From Octopus sinensis (Eukaryota), in NCBI RefSeq assembly GCF_006345805.1, contig NW_021833034.1:1-64000 (forward strand): a stretch of 64,000 nt of DNA, read 5' to 3'. The translations under genes were made by a program, and so were the position numbers. Below the pieces are notes generated by a model. It searched no databases, was not told the origin of the DNA, and saw only the letters and a program-made list of their open reading frames with translations. Positions within the stretch are counted from its first letter, which is position 1. Each line of letters opens with the position of its first letter. Positions 26,201 to 38,800 of the stretch are shown here, piece after piece.

Positions 26201-27027
26201 TGTTTGTATGGTAGAGGGGGGGTTAGGTGAGAGACAGACCAAAAGATTGATGGGGGGAGGGCAGTGGTGTGCAATGTTTAGGAATGGAAAATAGGGAGAT
26301 GTAGCAGTATCTACGGGGTGGCTAGAGTGAGTGGGGTGTGATGGCATAAATGAGAGGGTGCTGAGGGTGAAAGCAGATAGGTGAGATGTCTTAATGAAAT
26401 GGAATGGAATGTGGCAAAGGAGAGAGAAAAACTAAAGGCAAAGAAAAGTGATTGGTGAAGTAGCATGGGAGGAGGAGGAGGAGGAGGAGGAGGATAATAT
26501 GTGGAGTGATGGAGGGCTGGGTGTTGGGAGAATGCTTGATGGGGCAGGATGGGTTACAATCATAACAAGAATACTTTCTAGACATCATTTTTGCTGTGTT
26601 GGATGATGAGTCTTTTCAAACACAGTGAATCACTTGTCATCTGAGTTCTTTATCATCTCCTCTGTGAGGCTCAACATCTTGAGATCAGCCTTCACTATTT
26701 CCTCTCATGTCCTCCTGGGCCTCCCTTTTTCATAAATTCCACCCACTTTGAGTGACTAGCACTTGTTCGTGCAGCTGTCCCCCTCCATAAGCATCACATG
26801 ACCAAACTAACACAATAATCTCTTCTACACATCACATTTGATTCTTCTGGCACTTAACTTTTCTTTCAAGACTATAGCACTTTGTTGTATATGCACACTG
26901 ATGTTGTACATCCTCCAGAGCATGCTAGTTTCAGTTCTCTTTGATTTTCACATCACCATTTGTAGGCCACATCTCACTACTTTGTTGTATTGTTTTTCAA
27001 ACACATGCATCATACAACCTGCCTTTT

Positions 27028-27115
<88 letters not shown>

Positions 27116-29775
27116 AAGAGAAAGAGAAAGTAAAGAGTTCTTTCATAGCCAACAGAGGTAATAACTCCCTGAATTTTCTCCATCCAGTTCTTATTCTAGC
27201 AACTATACTTTCAGTACATCATTTCTTCTAAGGAGTTCCCAAGGTATTTGAGAAAATCTATTTCCTATTGTCTCCTTAGTATCTTCCACATACAATCACT
27301 TCTTCCTCTTTTAGCTTCCCTGTGATTCCACTGCACTACTTATGCATCCATAGTTTGCACTGGGTACTCAGAACAGAATTCCTGCCTACACATTTCCCAT
27401 ACGTCAAGTGAGACTTGTGGGCAGTGGAGTCTTGTCTGCTTTCCTGCTTCTATAGAACTTTGGTCTTGGCTAAATTAATCTTAAGCAACTTCAATTCTAA
27501 AGTTTTCGTCCACACCTGGAATCTCTTTTCTAATTCTACAATAGATTCTGCCTTGAGAATGATGTCATCAGCATAGACTAGCTCCCAAGGGCACCCAGTT
27601 TAAATTCTTCTGCTATGTTATGAAGAGTAATGATGGATAAGGGAGGACTGATAACCGAGTCCTGTTGCACTCCTACCTGTAACCTAAATTCATTACTGTA
27701 CTCATGGACAACGCTCACCTTATTGATTGCACTCCTGTATATGGCTTGTATGTCTCTCACAAGCCATTAATCAACTTCTAGCTTCCTCAGAGTCTACCTC
27801 ATCATACAGCAGAGAACCAGTGAAAGGCTTTCTCCAGGTCAACAAATACCAAGTACCATTCACTGAATGTGACATCTTCTCGTATAGTCTGATTCACAGC
27901 ATTAGGTCATAGCTGACTCCACCGGATACTTTCAGCATCCCAACTAATTCGTGATGGATCAAGGACTTTCTCTATTTTCATACCCTTTTAAGCTGTATCT
28001 GTCATACTGCTGTCAACTTGGGTGGCTGGTCCCTCTGTTGGGTCCATATTGGGAAAATTCTCTTTCTCCCAGTCATTCTCTACATTTCATAGCAGCACTG
28101 GCATCATACCTCTTTATTCTTTTCAGGATCATTAAGTGCAAGCATACCACTAACCATCTGCACAATATTTTGATTTCCTATGATACTCTCTCTTGAAGTC
28201 CAGAATATCTCACATCTCCAATTTTCATATTGTACAACATTGGACAGCAGTCAAGTTATGAAATATTATCTTCTTATTTGAAATATTCTAAATCATTCTA
28301 AATTCTAAATCATCTGAAATATTTTTTAAATTAGCCAAACAATTTCTTCTTCAGATTCTCTTAAAATGTATTTTCTGGTCAAAAACACAGATCCATCTGC
28401 AAAATATCTCTCTCAAATTTAGGTATTTTATACCTACTAATAAGTATTCCTTTTCCAAGAAATGAGAGGTGCCCCTACATGGCTGCTTGTTTTCGCGGTG
28501 CAAAACCTCCACCGTTACAGGAAGTCCTAAATTTTCTCATTCTTGTTGTCTCCCATGTACACTTCAAAGTCTTACGCCACCCCCACCCCCTTCCATAAAA
28601 GGTAGTGGTCATTCATTGCAAAATATGTTAGTGTAGTGTACGCGGTTTGATCTTAAGTTTTATTGTTTGTCTATGAATCCTGCCAAACGCGAGTTTTCTT
28701 TTCAGGTTCATGAAGCTACTAGGGCCAATACCGCCCACACCCTCAGGGTTGTCACCCTTAACGTTGGCACACTGAAAGGCAGGTCTGGCGAGATCGTTGA
28801 ATTGCTTGAACAGAGGTGTGTTGATATATGCTGCATTCAAGAAGTGAGGTGGAGAGGAGGTTCTGCTAGGTTCCTCTCAGGCAAAGGACAGAGGTACAAG
28901 ATTTTCTGGGCTGGGAATACTGACGGGGTCGGGGGTGTGGGTATACTTATCACCGAAAAATGGGTAGATAAGGTAATCGAGGTAGTCAGAGTATGTGGCA
29001 GAATACTTAAGATTAGATAATTGCTTCATCATAGTTTAGCAACCATTATATCGGCCTATGCCTCTCAACCAGGGCTACCCGATGGACAGAAAGACCAATT
29101 CTATGACACCCTACTGCAGACCACCTCATTGACGAACGACAGGGACCTTCTCTTTGTGGCTGGTGACTTCAATGGGCATGTTGGACGACATGCTGGGGGC
29201 TTCCATGGTGTACATGGAGGCTACGGTTATGGTTCCCGCAACGAGGAGGGAACCAGGCTGCTGGAGTTCTGCGATGCGAATAGTCTTATGGTTTGCAACA
29301 CTAACTTCAGGAAACCTACAAGCCACCTGGTCACCTACCGATCGGGCCGACATACTAGCCAATCGACTACATCCTTGCCAGAAAAAGGGAAAGATGGCTG
29401 CTTATAAATGCCAAAACCTTCCCAGGCGAAGAATGTACCCCACAACATTGACTGGTAGTTAGTGACTTCCAAATATACTGTTACCATTCATAATAGCTCT
29501 TAAACAATTGTCTACAGCTTCCAAAGCATAAACTGGTATCATTGAAGCTTCGTCAATACTGAAGACTTTTACTTGCCTAAGAATGTTTCCTTGATCAGAA
29601 TTTGGTGGAACATTGCACACATTTCACTCAAAGGAAATGGAAGCTTGAATATACTGTGAAGATTTACCACTACCTTGCAAAAGAGTTGTAGCAACGCTAG
29701 TACAGAAGCCAAGGGAAATAACTTGAATTTAATCCTGACTTATCTCCCTTAGCAGGTGTAATAATATGGAGATAA

Positions 29776-29808
<33 letters not shown>

Positions 29809-32800
29809 AAATAAGAACCCTGTATTGTTGTGGACAACTTACTCGAGATTCTGTCAAGTCCACATCAAATGGTATTTTCTCAGTTGTTAATAGAGAATCG
29901 TACTCCTTTTTAACAGTTTCTATAGCATTGTCAAGATTTTGGTATTCAGCAAAGAATTTCAATGTGACACCAACGTCTTTTTGACCAGCAGAGACATTAT
30001 CTTCTATTTCTTCATCTTCATCATCTGAAATAGAAGAAATATTTATTTTGTCAATGAAAAATAACCAAACAAGCAGAAGATTTCTTATGGTGCAGCTTCA
30101 AGATTAAATAATAATTCAAGTGTTTCCTGTTTTTCTGTTCAGTGAAGAGCTATCGGTTCTTGAAATAATGAAGTTAACCTGAAAAAGACTATCATCTTAT
30201 CCCTGTGGGGAGTGATAACAACTGCTCTTTAATTATTGCTATACATCACCATCTAGTACATCACTGCTACCATCTTGGGACTCTTGAATAGTGAATGATG
30301 TTAAGTGTTGTTTAATTATTTCTTCTTCCTTAGTACTCAGATTGAAAATCTCTCTAATTAATGATAAATATTTAGAGAAACCCTAAGAAAATGGATCTTT
30401 TGTGTTGCATTCAACTAAATTTGAATGGGCCTCACAGAGGCAATAACCAAGACCTTTGGCATTATGTCATGCTTGAGAAGAAGACCCATCAAGCTAATGG
30501 CACCCGTGCCAGTTGCACATAAAAGCACCCATTACACTCTTGGAGTGGTTGGCATTAGGAAGGGCATCCAGCCATAGAAAACCATGCCAAATCAGATTGG
30601 AGTCTGGTGCAGCCTTCCAGCATGCCAGCTCAGTCAAGCCGTCCAACCCATGCCAGCATGGACAACAGATGTTAAATGATGATGATGATGATGATGATAG
30701 TGATAATACAGAATTTACTAAAATTACTAAGCTGGTGTAACAAACTAGTGAATATCTTCTCTGGACCTTTTGGGGGTGCGAGAAGCAATCACTTTCCGTT
30801 GCTTTAATAATCCAGATTCTCTACCAGTCAGAAACAACAAGACGCAGACATAAATAATATATATATACTTTATTCTCTTATGACAGTAACAAATAAGTGG
30901 TATATCTGGGTATCCCTTTGGTATAGATGTGTCAGAGCTGAACTATATCGCTGTAGAATCTACAGTGTTCAAATGCTAACGACACTGGTCAAAGATGGCG
31001 TCCGGAAAGAAGAAGATGATGTTGTCTGCAACAATTCAGGTTAAAAGTCTTTTGGTAAAGCTGCTGCTATGTCAAGTTCGGACAGAGAGAAAGAATTTCA
31101 CGTCTGTTGCCTTCAGTCGCTTTTGTCTCAAGTCAATGACTGCTGCTGGACGCTAGTGGTCAACGTCCTACGATTCCCCTGCCTCGGCTAACTGCCACGT
31201 AGGCAAAAGGGTCCTTCTTTCGGGGCTTCGCGCATGCGCGAGAGGGCCCTTCCTCTCTCTGCCCATCAGAAGGCACAAACTCCGCACGCGCGAAACAGGA
31301 ATGGACGGTGCGCGCGCGCGCCGCTGTATACCGTCACTACACTGGTAACTGGAGCATAAATTAACAGCAATAGTAATAATGATAAGAAAGGAAATAACAA
31401 TGTCAGATGCATTTTGAAGCAGTCAAGATAAAAAACACAGATGAACATTGCCTTAATTCAGGTTGTGAGAGACCTGAATTTACACAGAAACTCTAGTGAT
31501 AACAAATGAGGCTAGACCTTTAAGGGAAGGCTTCTCACTCAGCAGTGGCTCAAGAAGGAAATGGGGGCAATGGTTACAGGAAACGCATGTTAATGCTTTG
31601 GCTGAAAAAATGTATGTTTGAAGTAACAGAGCAGAGACTAGTGAACCAAGCTAATGCTATTAGGAGAAGAAGTGGATGACAGAATTGGCGATGGAAAAGA
31701 TCACAAGACAACAAAAAAGAGAGAGGTCAAGAATTAGAACGGCTAAACAACATCAGTGATACAGTTCAAGCAAATGAAGAGCCTAGAAGACAAAACAATA
31801 ACTGATCAGGAAAAGAAACCTGACACCAGCAACATAAGTGAGGAAGATGAGCAGATTTTAAATAAGTTGAAGGAAGTAATGGGTAAAGAAGACAGGAAAA
31901 AGATTACCAGCATTAAGAGGAAGTTGCTAGATGTTACCAGAAAAGTATGTTCTGTTATCAGTAGGATAGGTACTAAAAATATAGTAGACACTAACTTATT
32001 GATCTCTGCAGGACGTGGGGTAGTAGTTATGTTGTGGTGAATAGAGAGTAACACCCCTGTGGGATTGAAAGTAGATTCATAAAAGAGTAACGTACTTCAT
32101 TGAGAGGCAGAAGGCATTTGGAGTCTGACGTTGAAGTATTAGTAGTGTGTCATGTGAATACATTGCTTTTGCCCAGCTTCCATTTTAATCCTATATCCAA
32201 ACAACAAGAATATAAAAGTGATGATGAGGTGTTTGAAGCTTGCATTCAGACGCTCAAATTTTTTGTACGAAAAAATCGTTAACATGGAGGACTTATTGGC
32301 CTACATAGTGCAGTTGCAAAAGCAGCAACAACAACAAAACCAACAGTTGGTGCAAGTAATATTCAAGATATCCAAAAGTATGTCATAGTCATTGTCAGCA
32401 GACAATGGAGTAAACTGAACTGGAGGAGAGTTCAGTTATAACTCAGAAGAAGAAGGAACAACATTTTCTGCACATTTTTGAAGAGACGAAGAAATCTTGA
32501 ACAAGAACATCAAAACTGGACTGACAAGAAAGAAGTGGGACCACTTTTAAGAAAGTTATCCCCTGCTGAAGAATCAAGCTGAGATTTGTTTTGAGGAAAC
32601 AAATTTTATTGAAAATTTTCAATGAAATGAGTTCCCGGTTCAATACTCACTGGCAGTATTTAAATTTGGTTGCGAAATATGATGGAAATTTCGTCACCTA
32701 TGGTGGGGTTGTTAACAGAGAATGTGAAAAATTCAAATTAAATAAACTGACCTCAGACATGTTCAAATGTCTAATTTTCGTTCTAGGGCTAACCGAAAGC

Positions 32801-35800
32801 AAAGATGCAGGTACATATTCTCAGATATTAACAAAATTAGAACAGAACCAAAATTAACTCTACAGGCAGTAGCAGAAGGATGTGAGAGAATTATGAATTT
32901 AAGGCATGATACTGATGTAAGTGAAGAAAAGATTGCTCTTATATTTATGCATGCCAACCTGTAAAGGATTAGAAAAAAGAAAAGAAAAAAATATATCAAG
33001 ATTGAATGCTATGGGCCATGCTATGGTGCAAAGGTTTACATTTTAAATGTAATTGACCATTCCAAAAAGTAAAAAACATTTTCAGTGTGGAAAAATTGGA
33101 CATAAAAGCTCACATTGTAGAGTGAAACAAAAACAAAGGCTGAATGAAAAAAATTCTGTCAAGAAAGTATTCATTATCATCATTGTCATCATTTAACGTC
33201 CATTGTTCAGGCTGGCATGGGTTGGACGGTCTGACCAGGGATGGTAAGCTGGAAGGCTGCACTAGGCTCCAGTCTGATTTGGAGTGGTTTTCTATGGCTG
33301 GTTGCCCTTCCTAATGCCAACCAATCCAAGAGTGTAATGAGTGCTTTTACATGCCATCAGCATGAGTGCCATTTGCATGACAGTGGAGTGTGTTTACATT
33401 CCACCGGCACAGGTGCAAATTTATGTGACACTGGTATAGCTATGACTGCAGTTTTACTTGGCTTCATGGGTCTTCTGCTCAAGCATAACATAATGCCAAA
33501 GTTCTTGGTCATTGCCACCATGAGGCCCAACACTTGAAAAGAACTCAACCACTTTGCCTCCATGAGGCACAACGTTCAAAAAATGTTCATTACTTGCCAC
33601 CAGCATAGGTGCACTTGGCTTGATGGGTCCTCTCAAGTACAGCACATCACCAAAGGTCTCGGTCACTAGACATTGCCTCTGTAAGGCTCAAAAATTGTGC
33701 TTCACCACATCGTCCCATATCTTCCTGGGTCTACCTTTACTATGGGTTCCCTCAGCATTTACAGATTGGCATTTCTTTACACAGCTGTCCTCACTCATAT
33801 GCATCACATGACCATACCAGCACAGCCGTCTCTCTTGCACACCACATCTGATGCCTCTCATGACTGACTTTTCTCTCAAGATGCTTACACTCTGCGAAAC
33901 ATGCACACTGACATTGCACAACAGCAAAGCATACTGGCTTCATTTCTTTCAATCCTACGCATCTCCTCAGCTGTCACAGCCCATGTTTCACTGCCATGCA
34001 GCATAGCTGTTCACACACAGGTTTCATACAATCTGCCTTTCACTCTGAGAGAGAGAGAGGCCTTTGTTGATAGCAGGGGTAGGAGCTCCCTGAACTTTGC
34101 CCAGCCTATTCTTATTCTCACAATATACTCTCAGAGCATCCATTTCTGCTACTAACTTGGTCACCTAGGTAATGGAAGCTATCTACTACCTCTAGCTTGC
34201 CCCACTGGCAGTGATGGAGTCTATTTTCTGCATATTTTCAGCGTTATTGTACCTATGTACCTTCCACATACGAAAGCTACTTTACTTGTTAACCTTTTAT
34301 GCATCTTTTATGTTGTGTGTCCAAAGCTTACACTGGGTGCATCTTATGCAGTTTCTACCTACGCCTTTTCTATAGGTCGGGCAGGTCTGTCTACCTGAGG
34401 AGATTTGTGATTTGTCTGCCTTCCTACTTACTATGACTTTGATCCTAGACCTTGCTTCCATACCTGGAACTTCTCTAGTTCAGTGATTTAGCTATAAGAG
34501 TAAGATCATTAGCATAGAGGAGCTCCCAGGTGCAACTTGTCTTGAATTCCTTTGTTATTGCGTGGAGGACTATAATGAACAAGAGGGGGCTGATGACTGA
34601 TCCTTGTTGAACCCCTACTTGTACCCTCAATTCTTCACTGTACTCATTGCCAACCCTCACCTTACTGGTAGTGTCCTTGGACAAGGCTTCTATGGCTCTC
34701 ACCAGCCACTCACCTATCCCTAGTTTCTGCATTAACCACCAGATAAGGGATTAGGGGACCCTGTCAAAAGCTTTCTCCAAGTCAACAAAAGCCAAGAACA
34801 GAGGTTTATCTTTGGTTAGGTATTTCTCCTGCAGCTGCCTTATCAGAAATATAGCATCAGGGGTGCTTCTACCTTGCACAAAACCAAACTGCATCTCATC
34901 TAGGCTAATTCTCTCCCTAATTAATTGTGATATGACTCTCTATGCCTTTCATCATCACTGAGCCAACAATTGATAGCTCTGTAATTATTCATCTAGGGCA
35001 TCGCCTTTACCTTTGTAGCAGTTGACTATAGTGTTATTACACCAGTCAATGGGTATGACTTCTTCGTGAACCACCTGATTGACTATATGAGTGATTAGAC
35101 CATAACCCACACTGCCAGATATTTTAAGCATCTCACCAGTGATTCCTGAATGGCTGGGATGTTTTCCCTACCTTCATATCTTTAATTGCTTTATATACTA
35201 TGTTGATTCGCATAGCTGGCCCTCAGTTGTTGGGTCAATATTGCCAGACTCTCTTCCTCCCATTCATTCTCCACATTCAGCAGTCTTTCCTAATAACATC
35301 GCCAAGCCTCTTTCTTTGCAGAATCATTAAAAGCTAGTGCACCATCATCTATGCAGACACATTTTTCTCCTGTGACATCACAATTTTCTCTCACACACCA
35401 TCTTGCAATCCAAAACACTTCAGTTCTTTGGTCCTCATCACGCTGAACATAAGCAAATGTCTTCTTTTCTGCTTCTCCCTTGGCTAGATATACCTGTCTC
35501 CTAGCTATCTGATACAGTTCCCTGCTACCCAACACTTCCAGACCTGTTTCTTTGCTCCAATAGCCCTATCTAGAGTATTGTTCCACCACCATGTTACCCT
35601 AGGTCTGGAAGGGACTTGCACCAGCCACAGATTTGGTCTGTGGCACTCAGCAAGCTGTCTCACAGGAATTCCCAGCTGCCTTCTGTGTCACAGAACTGTA
35701 GCTCTTCCTCCCTATCATCAAATTTCTCAATTAGGATGTCCCTAAATCTCTGACCATGTGAAGGGTTCTTAAGCTTCCAAGTCCTTCTTTTCCACATTGG

Positions 35801-38800
35801 TCTGCTTCTTGGCATCCTTCTGGCCTGGAGTCTAAAGTCACTAATGACTAGTCTATGCTGGAGGGTACATTCTTCACCAGGGAGGGTCTTTGTATTTAAG
35901 AGCAACCATGCATCCTGTTATCTGGTGAGAATGAAATTGATCTAGCTAGCAGAGTCACCTGACTGATAGGTTATTGAATGACTGACTGGCTTCCTGAAAT
36001 TGATGATGTAGATCAAAAGGTTATTTGCATCACAGAACTTCAGGAGCCTAGTTCCCTCTTCATTTCAGGAACTAATACTATGGCCCCCATGAACACCATG
36101 GAAGATACCAGGATGCCATCCAACATGCCTGTTGAAATCCCCAGCCACAAAGATGAGATCATTGTCGTTCGTCCTTGAGGTAGCCTGCAGCGAGGCTCAG
36201 AAATTAAAATTTGTGTCCATAAAATTGAATAATGTGAACATCATGTTACAACTGGATACAAGCAGTGATATCATGATAATTAACACAGATACGTGAAGGA
36301 AAATCAGGAAGCCTAGACTGAAGGAAACTTTGAAAGTTGCTTGTTGTGTTTCAGGAAAAAAATTAATTTTTAAGGGTGAAATGATAAGTGATGTTATCTT
36401 TCGTGGAAAAACCTTAAAAGCCAAACGTTTTATGCTGAATAATACAAAAAATTTATTTAGAACAGACTGCATGGAATTATTTGAATTATAGGACCTCTCC
36501 ATAATTTTTTCTGTAAAACGTGAATGGTTCTTTCTGCCAGTACAAATAAAGTGTCAGACAAATTATAAGAAATGATTAAAAAGGAATTTTCCCAAAGTTT
36601 TTTCTAATCAGTTAGGTGCTTGCACCAAAACAAAGGCTAAGTTTGATGTAAACGAAAACATTTCTCAGTATTTAAAGCAAAATGAACTGAACCCTTCACA
36701 ACAAGTCAACAAAGAATTAAATAGACTTGAAAAACTTGGGGTTATTGAAAAAATTTATTACATTCAATGGCATCACCAACAGTTTATGCGAATAAAAAAA
36801 AAATAACAAAATCTGTGTATGTGCTGATTTTTCAACAGAGTTAAAGGAATGTTTGATGCTATATAATTACCTGTTACCAAGTCCAGAAGAAATTTTGTGA
36901 TGTTGAATGGAGGAAAATATTTTTCAAAGTTGGACCTATCTGAAGCATATTTGCAGGTAAAAGTTGATGAAGAATGTTCAAAATTATTAACAATAATTAC
37001 CCATAAAGTATTATACATATTTAATCGACTTCCTTTTGGCATAAAGGTAGCACCAGACATTTTCCAACAAGTTATGGACACTACACTTGCAGATTCATAT
37101 TTCACTACAGCTTACCTTGTTGACATGCTCATAAAAAGCGAATTTTGTGCTCAGCAAGATGAGCATGTTAAAAAGATCATCCCACAAAATAAAAGATTAA
37201 AGCTCAGCGAGGAAAAGTGTGAATCTTTTATGCCAAGAATAAAATATCTAGAGCAGATTATTGATGAAAATGTATGTAGACCAGATCCATTAAGGGTGAG
37301 TGCAATAAAAAATATTACAAGCATTTTGGGGGCTTGCAAATTGCTACCAGGTATACATACTGAATATGCATGATTTAAGAGCACTCCTGAATAACTTGTT
37401 AAAAAAGGCATTAAGTGGAATTGGCAAGACATGTGCCAAAAAGCTTTTGAAGAAATTAAAAACATTCTAATGTCAGAATTGTTGTTATCACGTTTTGACT
37501 CAAACTTAGAAATAGTAATGGTATCAGACGATCGTGACAGTGGTATTGGAGCTGTGATTTTACACAAAAATGAAGAGTGTAGCCTGAAAGCTGTAGCTCA
37601 TGCTTCACATTCCTTATTGCCAGGTAAGAAAAGTTACTGTCAGATAGAGAAGGAAGGATCAGCTATCATATTTTCAGTAAGGAAATTCCATAAATTTATA
37701 CATCTATTAGTCTACAAGTGTTGTCTTCCCTGTCTTTAATAACTATATCTGGTCTATTTGCCTAGATTGTTCTGTCAGTGATGACAGGAAAATCTCAGAG
37801 GATAGTGACATTTTTACCTTCAACAACTGGCTCAGGATAATGTTCATGTGAGTAAGCAGGAGTGATGATTTTGTAGTGTTTACATATTTTCCAATGTAAA
37901 TACTGTCCTACCTTATCATGGCAATTTTTGTAATTCATAGGTGTAATCACAGGGCATATTAAAACAAAATGGTCGATTGTTCATCAAATGTATTGCAGAA
38001 TGTGCATTTAGGGTCAGAACCAATTTGAAGAATGTTAGCCTGGTAGGTTTTGGTAAGCAAGCTTTGGTCTTGAGCTGCTAATATGAAACATTCAGTCTCT
38101 GTTTTCAGTCTTTACATTATCATTATTATTATTATTAATATTATTATTATTATTATTATTATTACCATTATTATTAATTATTACCATTATTATTATTATC
38201 ATTATTATTATTATTATTATTGTATTATTATTATTATTGTTATTCCTTCGTAACACAGTGTAGGTAAAAATGCACTGGAGTCTTTAGTCATCTGTCAAGT
38301 CACAACAAGGACCTCAGACGGATAATACTTTCCTTAAGATGTGCGCTGTGCCCAGATAGGCTGCTTTTGTAAGACATCACAATCTTGCAAAGGATTTCCA
38401 GTTGCCTTAAGAAGTTTTGAAGTTTCAATGGGATTGAACCCAGCATTCTGATCACCACTGTATCACTTTAACATTACCCTCTCACTTTCCATACAGTCTT
38501 GCCATTTCCACTTTCAATTCGGAGTATTTGGTGATTTTTTCAACCTCTTCTCTCACGACATTCATGTCATTTGGTATGGCTACATCAATGATCTGACAGT
38601 ATTTGTCTCACTTTCTCAATATGACAATATTATTATTGTTGTTGTCATCGTCGTCATCGTTATGATTATCATTATCATTATTATTATTATCATTATTATT
38701 TATGGGTTTTTCTTCTTCTTTCAAATTTGCTTCCATTTCTTGTCGAGTGTCTTCCCGACTCCTAGGGCAAAGAAACTCATAGTATACATTGGTAGGCCAT

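Noticed and set aside
30110-30180. Possible extra minus-strand acceptor (ttttcAG at about 30180)
   Set aside because: All frames hit a stop before any good donor, and exons 45439 and 30024 already join in frame.
30995-31156. Plus-strand AAGATGGCG start and short [13 protein letters not shown].. as the first exon of a nested gene
   Set aside because: It lies inside the TSD-bounded solo LTR, closes after 53 codons and has no convincing downstream exon.
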